From the IMG/VR virus record IMGVR_UViG_3300032164_000001: DNA of 64,000 nucleotides. The stretch is one strand, 5' to 3'. Source of the DNA: a virus. Positions within the stretch are counted from its first letter, which is position 1. Every line of letters starts with the position of its first letter. Below the pieces are notes generated by a model. The model was not told the DNA's origin. It was given only the letters and a program-made list of their open reading frames with translations, and did not search any database. Of the stretch, positions 47,774-55,907 are shown piece by piece. Both the position numbers and the translations under genes were made by a program.

Positions 47774-48198
47774 TGCCATTATTGCTCCCCAAGGTTGGCG
47801 ACCCAAACGTGGTGCAGTCGGTCACTACTAGACTGACTTCTGATTCGACTACCACTTCCACAACATATGCCGTTCTGCTCTCACTACCGATTACCACCGT
47901 GGGCAGCACAAACCTGTTGATCTGGTTAAGCTACTGCATGAGCTTCACGCCCAGTGTCTCAAACGACTTTCGGATGCAATTGAGAATAGACACAGCGGCG
48001 ATTCTCTATGCAGGTGAAGAAGAATTTACCACCGCGCAATCAGGAGCAATAGTGCACCGAGCGACCGGCTTGTCTGCCGCAGCGCACACTGTAGATCTGC
48101 GGTGGAGAATTGGCGCGGCTGGTGAAGGAACCCTACGTTGCAGGCCTTCAGTGTCTCCTGAAGGTCTGTCTATCTTTGCAATGGAAGTGTTGGTCTAG
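47773..48198 (+). CDS. Small beta-sandwich virion protein, paralog 3 of 3
   Basis: STTTSTTYAVLL...AAAHTVDLRW...TLRCRP. Confidence 0.7.
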   Translation: MPLLLPKVGDPNVVQSVTTRLTSDSTTTSTTYAVLLSLPITTVGSTNLLIWLSYCMSFTPSVSNDFRMQLRIDTAAILYAGEEEFTTAQSGAIVHRATGLSAAAHTVDLRWRIGAAGEGTLRCRPSVSPEGLSIFAMEVLV

Positions 48199-48210
48199 GA
48201 GAACAGTCAC

Positions 48211-49128
48211 ATGTCCACATACACCTATTCGATTCAGAGCGACTTCCCGAATCATGCTGTTTCCTCCGACCGTCTGACTTCGGAGATCTCGGACAGTGCC
48301 ATTGTGACCGCTCTGGATCACATCGATACCTCGGGCGACAGTTGTCACGTCGTATTCAAGGCGGAGCTGTCCAGTGGAGATGAGCAAACCCTGGACGGAT
48401 TGGTGGCGGCTCACTCGGGTGAGGCTCTGCCATCCAGTGGCATGCTTGTCTCGCTCGCTGGCCCCAAACAAGTAGACGGTTCGCCCTACTTCAGCCCATG
48501 TATGTTCCCATCTGGCGTCTATCTCTACATCACAGGAGCCGGTGACGGAACGGAGCGAGGCAATGGACAAGCGTTCCAACTCTCCTCAGAGACAGAAGAG
48601 AACAAGGTAGTGGAGTTCGGCTTTCTGGACTGGGTGCTGGTTGCCGGTGGTGGAGTGCTGGTCAAGGGTGCACAACTTGGAGATCACGCCACCATGGAGG
48701 TCTACTGCCCTGCAACACCAGTAGTGCCCAATGGCGGCAACACCGGCAACTGCAACGTGGTGGATGGGATCATTGTCCCTGCGGCCGGAAACGGCAGCTA
48801 CGATGTCAACCTAGCGCAGGCCAATCCTGTTCTGACTCCTCTCAAGAATGGTTATTGGGAGTGGGATTTCCCACTCACGGGCAAGGGCACGGTCACCCTG
48901 GGTGCACCAGGTCAAGCCGGGGCACATCTCATTGCTGCCGACTACCCCCTGACCAAGTTCATCAACAAGACTCCACTCCGCGACGGTCACATGGACTTCA
49001 CCATCTCGGCCATCGAGCCCAAGATCTTGTTGCCGCATTGGAAGGGCAAGGTAACTGTGCACAACGCGGGGCACACGGGTCTGGAGGTAGCTTGGTACCT
49101 CACCACTGCCAGGGTGCAAACAATATGA
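48211..49128 (+). CDS. Hypothetical virion protein
   Basis: 305 aa; AGGAG RBS. Confidence 0.7.
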   Translation: MSTYTYSIQSDFPNHAVSSDRLTSEISDSAIVTALDHIDTSGDSCHVVFKAELSSGDEQTLDGLVAAHSGEALPSSGMLVSLAGPKQVDGSPYFSPCMFPSGVYLYITGAGDGTERGNGQAFQLSSETEENKVVEFGFLDWVLVAGGGVLVKGAQLGDHATMEVYCPATPVVPNGGNTGNCNVVDGIIVPAAGNGSYDVNLAQANPVLTPLKNGYWEWDFPLTGKGTVTLGAPGQAGAHLIAADYPLTKFINKTPLRDGHMDFTISAIEPKILLPHWKGKVTVHNAGHTGLEVAWYLTTARVQTI

Positions 49129-49469
49129 GTGCCATAACATTCATCACCTTAACCCCAACTTTCGACTTGTGGTCAATCATCCACTTCGGTTTCTGGGCTT
49201 TCGTAGGTAGCTCGATTGGGGCCATGTGGGAACCTCCTCTGTGGGTGCATTTGGTCTACACCTTGGTAGGCAGTTACGTCTGGGAAGGAATAGAGTTTCC
49301 ACTCCAGCGCAAGTTCCCTCACAAATGGGGATATAGATTGGAATCACCCCTCAATTCCTTCGTTGGAGATCCGATTAGCAACTTACTAGGAGCTGCTTTC
49401 GGTTGGTTCGTGGTAGCTTACTACCGCAAGCATTGGTGGATCTGGAGAAAACAACTTGGACCCAAGTGA
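49125..49469 (+). CDS. Membrane protein (DUF2585/VanZ-like)
   Basis: ATG at 49125 (ATGA overlap); DLWSIIH...WEGIE...ESPLNSFVGD with three hydrophobic helices. Confidence 0.65.
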   Translation: MSAITFITLTPTFDLWSIIHFGFWAFVGSSIGAMWEPPLWVHLVYTLVGSYVWEGIEFPLQRKFPHKWGYRLESPLNSFVGDPISNLLGAAFGWFVVAYYRKHWWIWRKQLGPK

Positions 49470-50103
49470 AACGGAAACGCCTAGTCAGAGAATTACGCTG
49501 GATATGCCCATGGTGCGGGCACATCTGGATGTCAAAGCCAGCAGTACGAAGCTGCTGCGTTTGCGGAGCTTTGATAGACGAGAGGGGCTGGGCGTTACGA
49601 TTGGATTCTCCACCACCAACAAGTTCATCAGTCGATTCATCAGGTGGATCACCAGAGCAAAAGTCAGTCATGCGTGGATTGGTTTCAACGACTCCACGTT
49701 AGGGCAACGCATGGTCATGCAAGCAGAACGTTGGGGCTACGAGGTCAGACCTTGGACCAAGTGGCTGACTCAAAACAAGTGGATAGCCGAATTCGAGATA
49801 CCACAAGAACATGCTGTTATCTCTTTGCAGTTCATGGTCAGTTTCTTGGGAAGTGACTACGATTTCACGTCTGCCCTACTGTTGGGTCTGAAGCGCTGGT
49901 TTGGCCGATGGTTTAAACGCCCAACTCAGAGTCCAACCAAACTCATGTGCTCAGAAGGTGTAGTGAGGTTTTTGCAATTTGGTCAATACGAGTTCGCGAC
50001 CGGGTTGGACCCTGAAGCGACCTCACCCGGAGAACTTCTGGACCTAGTAGCCAACAAAGGTTTGCCAAGGCTGGCAGAACCGAACAGAACTTCGAAACCC
50101 TAA
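49456..50103 (+). CDS. Permuted papain-like NlpC/P60 enzyme (YiiX/YebB family)
   Basis: ISRFIRWIT...SHAWI (His) precedes G.DYDF and LMCSEGV (Cys); TSPGEL. Confidence 0.78.
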   Translation: MDPSETETPSQRITLDMPMVRAHLDVKASSTKLLRLRSFDRREGLGVTIGFSTTNKFISRFIRWITRAKVSHAWIGFNDSTLGQRMVMQAERWGYEVRPWTKWLTQNKWIAEFEIPQEHAVISLQFMVSFLGSDYDFTSALLLGLKRWFGRWFKRPTQSPTKLMCSEGVVRFLQFGQYEFATGLDPEATSPGELLDLVANKGLPRLAEPNRTSKP

Positions 50104-50115
50104 GGAGACCTCATC

Positions 50116-51648
50116 ATGGCAATCGACCAAGAGTGGACAAGTGTTTACCCAACCGGGTTGGATTCCAACAGCTCCATGCCGGACCTGGGAGACCACACCC
50201 ACAACACCAGGTGGAGCCAGTGGCAAGCTCTGAGAAATGCTGTTAAAGAGCTGGAAGCCCAGGTGGGCTCAGACTCGCTAGAATCTTCTTCCTTGCGTGC
50301 CAACCGAGCTACTACCACGACCGGGGTGTTCCACGTCTACGCCAACGGCTCAACTGGTAACGACTCGAACTCGGGGTTGGACGTGGACCACCCCAAGTTA
50401 ACATTACAAGCGGTCTTCAACCTGATTCCAGACATAGTCAAGCACAACACTTGTGTACACTTGGCCGGTACTTTCAACGAGTTTGGCATCGTTAACTTTG
50501 CAAAAACTCGGGAAGGCTATGCAGGTGCCTCGACTCCCATAATTCTAATAGACGGTGGAGACACCACCACTGTTGTGGATGACAATGGAGGAAACCACTA
50601 TACAACTATCGCTGGCACTTCTACATCGCAACTGGTTGTATCTGGTACTCCCTGGACAACAGACCAACGTTACGGTTACTGGATCAAAATCCTGACCGGT
50701 CCTGCTGCGGGTGAAATTCGCTCGATCTTCAAGAACGTCACTGACACAATATACCCAGCTAGATACTTCACTAGCGCTCCGGGAACTGGGGCGACTTTTG
50801 ACATCGTTAGACCCACAACTACTCTCAGTGCTTCATCTACCACTTCATACATTTTGTTGTGTAACACAACAAGACCAGCTGTTAGAATACAGAGATTATA
50901 CTGCAGTGGAAGCAAAGTTTCTTTCTATTCGCTAGGTAACCTAGACCTTTGTTTGTCCAGCTTGGTATTGAATACAACAGCTTCTTCTGCGTGGAGTGCC
51001 ACGAGCGATGTGAGTATTGCTGTCCAGGTAAATGTATACAACAACTCTTCATTTGTCTTAGACACATCGAACAAGACTGGAGTTAGTGTTCCAGGTTCAT
51101 CAACTCTGGACTTTAGTGGATGTGGGCGTGTCAATTTACCTATGCTCCTAAGTCGAAACGTTGAACTGGCTGGGTGTGGCTTCTCCAATCTATGGCAAGG
51201 TAGTCGGATACGAGGGAAACTGACATTGACTGATTGTGCCAATGGTTGCGGAGAAGGTACTCCACAGTTTCAAAACACTACTAGTCCTGGCTGCCAAGTC
51301 ACAACGGTGGGAGACTCCAGTGGTGTCGGTGTACTTTTGAAGAACACAAGAGTAACAATTCATAACATCAACATTAGCAACAACACCTCGCATGGCATTG
51401 AAGCAGTTAAGAGTCATGTAGAATTCACAGGTGCTTGTACTGGGTCTGGCAACGGGGGCGCTGGTGTCTACGCCCACAGTGGCTCCGTAGTCCACATCAA
51501 ACACGGTGCAGCCCCAACCTTGACCGGTACCGTGGGTGATCTTGCAGTGTCCAGTCCAACAGCACAAGAAAGTACTTGGGCGGCCATCGACGCTGGTACC
51601 CCAGTTGCAATTGCGGCTGAGATGACCATGGCTAAGGAAGTGGTGTAA
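50116..51648 (+). CDS. Tailspike/fibre-like beta-helix protein, paralog 1 of 3
   Basis: VYANGSTGNDSNSGL...PKLTLQAVF..IPDIVKHN; C-terminal ISNN..HGI beta-helix rungs. Confidence 0.7.
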   Translation: MAIDQEWTSVYPTGLDSNSSMPDLGDHTHNTRWSQWQALRNAVKELEAQVGSDSLESSSLRANRATTTTGVFHVYANGSTGNDSNSGLDVDHPKLTLQAVFNLIPDIVKHNTCVHLAGTFNEFGIVNFAKTREGYAGASTPIILIDGGDTTTVVDDNGGNHYTTIAGTSTSQLVVSGTPWTTDQRYGYWIKILTGPAAGEIRSIFKNVTDTIYPARYFTSAPGTGATFDIVRPTTTLSASSTTSYILLCNTTRPAVRIQRLYCSGSKVSFYSLGNLDLCLSSLVLNTTASSAWSATSDVSIAVQVNVYNNSSFVLDTSNKTGVSVPGSSTLDFSGCGRVNLPMLLSRNVELAGCGFSNLWQGSRIRGKLTLTDCANGCGEGTPQFQNTTSPGCQVTTVGDSSGVGVLLKNTRVTIHNINISNNTSHGIEAVKSHVEFTGACTGSGNGGAGVYAHSGSVVHIKHGAAPTLTGTVGDLAVSSPTAQESTWAAIDAGTPVAIAAEMTMAKEVV

Positions 51649-51653
51649 CTATC

Positions 51654-52988
51654 ATGGCAAAAATAACCGATTTCGCAACCGTAACCACCAAGACACTCCA
51701 GGTCTACGCAAATGGGTCGACTGGCAACGACTCCAACGACGGATTGACTGTTGGTACACCCAAGTTGACCTTGGGTGCTGTGTTCGCACTTGTGCCGGAC
51801 ATAGTTAAGCACAACGTCTGCGTCAACCTGGCAGGTACGCTCACAGATTGGGGTGCAATCACTTTGTCGAGAACTGCCCTCGCGTGGCTTTTTGTTGATG
51901 GCGGGACCAACACGACTACCCTTGCAGGTCCCTACACAGCCGACATTCACGAGACTTACTCTATAGGATTGACCACAGCAGGTTGGACAGCCAACGCCTA
52001 CAGGGGTTATTCGGTCAAGGTCACGTCTGGTGCATGCAATGGCGAAATAAGGACCATTCAGTCGCACACTACTACCACCATCACTCCCACCCAGAACTTC
52101 TCCACAGATCCGGGCGCAGCTACGTTTGTCATCGTTCGACCAACCACCACCCTCAGTGCCAGCTCTACTGAATCTGGGCTGACGATATCAAACTTGGGTG
52201 ACGGCGTTGGTCGGATCACTGTACAGAACATCTACCTGACAGGTTCCAAAGCACAGCTAAGTGCATACAATAGTTGTGGTGAAGTGGCATTTGCCAATGT
52301 TGTTTCCGACTCAACCAAACAACCTCCAATTGTAGCCAACTGGCTAAACCTCTTGCTGTTCTCGTCCAATGTTTACAACACGACCACCTTTCCCTTTACC
52401 CTTAACACACTGTATCACACAGGTGTAACAGTGCGAGGGAACTGGAGCACCAGTCTGACTGCTTCCGTGTACCACGTGCAAGACTTCTATGTGTACGGGG
52501 GCCTTTTGAATTGTCTGGACTGCAATAGTTGTGGTAGTGTGTTCATGACACAAGGTTGGAAGATATCCGGTATGTACTTGTGGCACAACCTGCGAGTCGC
52601 TCTAATGAGTGCTAGCGGCTTTGCAAAAGGGGAGGCTAGTGGCTGCTCCAATGCTGCAGGTTTACAAATCAGACGCAGCTTCGTCACCATTTACGACTAT
52701 GTGAACATATCCAGCAACGGTGCCCAAGGAATGGTTGTAGACTTGGGCTCGATAGTACAAATCTACACGGCTACTGCTGCCCTGAGCGGTTCTGGCAACG
52801 TGGGCTGGGGTGTGCTTTGTGACTATGACGCCACGGTGCTCTACTACAACACAATCACCCCAACTTTGACTGGAGCTAGTGGAGAGGTGTACACCGCTAC
52901 TGGGGCTGGAACAGCAACTTGGGCGCAGATTGCTGCTGGAACAATTCTGTCGGGTGCTACCTACAAGTGCTTGGTTCGCAAGTACTGA
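51654..52988 (+). CDS. Tailspike/fibre-like beta-helix protein, paralog 2 of 3
   Basis: First ~62 aa identical to 53009..54334. Confidence 0.72.
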   Translation: MAKITDFATVTTKTLQVYANGSTGNDSNDGLTVGTPKLTLGAVFALVPDIVKHNVCVNLAGTLTDWGAITLSRTALAWLFVDGGTNTTTLAGPYTADIHETYSIGLTTAGWTANAYRGYSVKVTSGACNGEIRTIQSHTTTTITPTQNFSTDPGAATFVIVRPTTTLSASSTESGLTISNLGDGVGRITVQNIYLTGSKAQLSAYNSCGEVAFANVVSDSTKQPPIVANWLNLLLFSSNVYNTTTFPFTLNTLYHTGVTVRGNWSTSLTASVYHVQDFYVYGGLLNCLDCNSCGSVFMTQGWKISGMYLWHNLRVALMSASGFAKGEASGCSNAAGLQIRRSFVTIYDYVNISSNGAQGMVVDLGSIVQIYTATAALSGSGNVGWGVLCDYDATVLYYNTITPTLTGASGEVYTATGAGTATWAQIAAGTILSGATYKCLVRKY

Positions 52989-53008
52989 CACCCACTTAGG
53001 AGAGACCA

Positions 53009-54334
53009 TTGGCAAAAATAACCGATTTCGCAACCGTAACCACCAAGACACTCCAGGTCTACGCAAATGGGTCGACTGGCAACGACTCCAACGACGGCTT
53101 GACTGTTGGTACGCCTAAGTTGACCTTGGGGGCCGTGTTCGCCTTGGTACCAGACATAGTCAAACACAACGTGTGTGTGAACCTGGCTGGTACTTTCAAT
53201 GAACCAGGTGACATCAATTTTTCCCGCATGATTCAAGACACTGGTTTCCTGTTGGTTGATGGTGGGTCCACAACCACTACCCTTGCTGGACCCTACACAG
53301 CTAACATCCATGAGACCTACTCCATTGGGCTCACCACGGCTGGTTGGACGGTAGACGCCCACAAGGGTTACACAGTTTCCGTTACGTCTGGCCCGTGCAA
53401 TGGTGAGAAGCGCACCATTCAGAGCAACACCGCCACCACCATAACACCGGTCAAGGATTTTAGTGCAGATCCCGGAGCTGCTACCTTCGTGATCGAAAGG
53501 CCGACTACCACCATCAGTGCTTCCAGTGCTGACGCGATATTGAAATTGGCGATGTACAGCAACGCGGTAACTCGGATGGCATTCAGACTACAACGCCTGT
53601 ACATGTCCGGAACCAAAGCTGCTTTGCAATATCAGGGAATGTGCAGAGCTTTCATCACCAACTTCATATCCGATTCTACTGCAGCCAGCGGCTTCTACCC
53701 GTCTTCGTTTACGGGTCTCGGCAACGTTCGACAGAACCCCGCTACTTTTGCTGATATCGCGGATACCATAGAGTATGTCGGATTCTGCAACAGGGTAGCA
53801 GCAACAAATCTCTATAGCGCCGCGTGCTATTTTTATGGTTGCTACTTTGCCGTTCTAACTGCAACCGGTTGCACTAACCTGGTGTATCTAGCTGCGGGAA
53901 CTAGAATCAATGGGGGCGCCTTTGCTTTTCAATTGACTTCTAGTCGGGCGTGGATAGCCAGTGCTGCTGGTTACGCTAAAGTCAAGATCGGTGGGGCCTC
54001 CACCTATGGTGTCTATGCAGGGGAGCAATCCTACATCTGGTTTGGAGATTATGTGGAACTGAGTAATAACTCTTACGTTGGTCTAATGCTCATCAACTCA
54101 ACAGGCTGGATAGGTGGGACTACTTCGAAGCTTGCTGGCAGTAGCAATGGTAGTTGGGGTGCTTACATCGATGTTGGTGGAAGACTGTTTTTGACCAGCG
54201 GTGCTACACCAACCTTGACTGGCACAAGTGGGGAATGCGCTATCCCAACTGGTACTGGTGCCACTTGGGTGAATATCAATGGTGGCACCGTTCTTAGCGA
54301 TGCAGCCTATGCTGCACTGGTTCGCAAGTACTAA
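53009..54334 (+). CDS. Tailspike/fibre-like beta-helix protein, paralog 3 of 3
   Basis: TTG start after AGGAG; same N-terminus and LVRKY C-terminus as paralog 2. Confidence 0.72.
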   Translation: MAKITDFATVTTKTLQVYANGSTGNDSNDGLTVGTPKLTLGAVFALVPDIVKHNVCVNLAGTFNEPGDINFSRMIQDTGFLLVDGGSTTTTLAGPYTANIHETYSIGLTTAGWTVDAHKGYTVSVTSGPCNGEKRTIQSNTATTITPVKDFSADPGAATFVIERPTTTISASSADAILKLAMYSNAVTRMAFRLQRLYMSGTKAALQYQGMCRAFITNFISDSTAASGFYPSSFTGLGNVRQNPATFADIADTIEYVGFCNRVAATNLYSAACYFYGCYFAVLTATGCTNLVYLAAGTRINGGAFAFQLTSSRAWIASAAGYAKVKIGGASTYGVYAGEQSYIWFGDYVELSNNSYVGLMLINSTGWIGGTTSKLAGSSNGSWGAYIDVGGRLFLTSGATPTLTGTSGECAIPTGTGATWVNINGGTVLSDAAYAALVRKY

Positions 54335-54351
54335 CACACAGGAGAAACCTC

Positions 54352-54585
54352 ATGAACAAGCCGTATGTTTGTCACAATTGCTCAACCGAGTTCGATCTGT
54401 GGCCACTCCCAGAACTCCCAGAGCCACCGCCAGGTGGTCCGGGTGCGCCTTTTCCGGAGCAGACCATGCCAACGCTCATCAAAGTCAAGTGTCCTGGTTG
54501 CTATAACAACGGTTACACCAGCACTGACAAGATGATCTACACGGTGAACTTGGAGACCATGGAATTGGTGTCTGAAGGACTGTGA
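54352..54585 (+). CDS. Small zinc-ribbon protein
   Basis: CHNC...CPGC; AGGAG RBS. Confidence 0.7.
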   Translation: MNKPYVCHNCSTEFDLWPLPELPEPPPGGPGAPFPEQTMPTLIKVKCPGCYNNGYTSTDKMIYTVNLETMELVSEGL

Positions 54586-54615
54586 GACTCACCACGTGCC
54601 AGTGCAGATTAGGAT

Positions 54616-55119
54616 ATGAAGATGCCTGCTGATAAAGACCTGCTGTATCAAATTGCCACGGATGTCGGTGAGACGCGAGCGGGAGTCGACAATCTCAAGG
54701 AGCAATTCGAAGGGACTGTCGGCAAGGGCGAATGCACACAACGGCACGTAGTCGTCGCACAATCCATTGAGTCGCTGAAGAAAGAACTGGTGGCCGAATT
54801 CAAGAAGGGCACCGGCCAGGCGCATCCTGCTATCACGGACAAGATGCTCGAGAAGAAGCGCAACGCCGTTATGTTCTGGATTGCAATGATTACTGGCATA
54901 GGGACCATTGGTAGTGGCGTTGTGCTCGGAGCATGGAAGGTATTCGACTTCATGAGTCAGGTGCAACAGGGGCTGAAGCAGTCGCAACAGGAGATCCGAA
55001 CGGAGATCAAGGCAAACAAGGCGGGCGGCAAACCTCGAGTGATATACGTGACCGTTCCGGCTCTTCCGGACATGGGAATCAAGCCCAGACCAGCGGTGCG
55101 TCCCAGAACCAAACGGTGA
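54616..55119 (+). CDS. Single-TM coiled-coil protein (holin/antiholin-like)
   Basis: AVMFWIAMITGIGTIGSGVVLGAW transmembrane segment; basic C-terminus. Confidence 0.55.
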   Translation: MKMPADKDLLYQIATDVGETRAGVDNLKEQFEGTVGKGECTQRHVVVAQSIESLKKELVAEFKKGTGQAHPAITDKMLEKKRNAVMFWIAMITGIGTIGSGVVLGAWKVFDFMSQVQQGLKQSQQEIRTEIKANKAGGKPRVIYVTVPALPDMGIKPRPAVRPRTKR

Positions 55120-55138
55120 AATGGCTTAGGATGAAACC

Positions 55139-55465
55139 ATGTCCAGGTTCGAAACAGTTGAGGTGTTCGCCGGTTTTGTGCTAGACGTGCATGGAGATGT
55201 CTTCTCCGCACGATTCAGAAGCATCACACGCCCAGGGGTTGAAGAGGAGGGGGAAATCCCATTGGTGGAGATTGCCGAGAAGGACCGAAAGAATGTGGTG
55301 CCCGGGGCCTGGTTCAAGTGGCACATTGCCTTCTATGAGGACGAACTTAAACTGCGTGCATCTTTCTTTCGCTTCAGTGAAGATACTTGGAGTGCGACAG
55401 AGCTCGCCACCGCACACGAGCTCGCGGTGAAGATGTTGCACTCGATTGACGGAATGGGCAAATGA
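55139..55465 (+). CDS. Hypothetical protein
   Basis: 108 aa; ATGA coupling to the next gene. Confidence 0.7.
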   Translation: MSRFETVEVFAGFVLDVHGDVFSARFRSITRPGVEEEGEIPLVEIAEKDRKNVVPGAWFKWHIAFYEDELKLRASFFRFSEDTWSATELATAHELAVKMLHSIDGMGK

Positions 55466-55896
55466 GTCTTGTCGAATACACATTGATCAGAACCAATCGA
55501 GGGCTACTGACTCTCGGACAACTCAGAAGAATGCCAGACTTGACAGGTCATCTGGCTGTGACAAAGTTGCATGAGTGCTCAATCATCAGTTGCAAGAGCA
55601 ATGGTGTCGAACCCACACTCCGTGTGCTGATCGAGAACGGCATGACGTTGCGTGGGACGGCAGACCAGATGGTGCGCCTGATAGCGAGGGATGAATCGAC
55701 ATGTAGTTGGAAACGACTGGACACCCTGTTCGAGAATGACATGGTTGCATTCATGACTTCGACCTGTAAAGGTGTGCCAAGCTTTCGAGGAATGGCGGTG
55801 ATCAATGTACGAGAGGCCGACGAGATGGAAGTATTCGATTTAGAAGTTTCTGCGAAACAGATGATTGCAAATGGCATCTTAGTGAAAGCAAAGTAG
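55462..55896 (+). CDS. Stand-alone degenerate intein/Hint domain protein
   Basis: Block A SLVEYTLIRTNRG; block B NGMTLRGTADQ; WKRLDTL; block F EVFDLEV; block G MIANGILVKAK. Confidence 0.8.
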   Translation: MSLVEYTLIRTNRGLLTLGQLRRMPDLTGHLAVTKLHECSIISCKSNGVEPTLRVLIENGMTLRGTADQMVRLIARDESTCSWKRLDTLFENDMVAFMTSTCKGVPSFRGMAVINVREADEMEVFDLEVSAKQMIANGILVKAK

Positions 55897-55907
55897 CACT
55901 TGAAGAC

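Noticed and set aside
55462-55896. Active splicing intein or one half of a split intein
   Set aside because: No exteins, no block B His, no terminal Asn, and both halves of the fold lie in one ORF.
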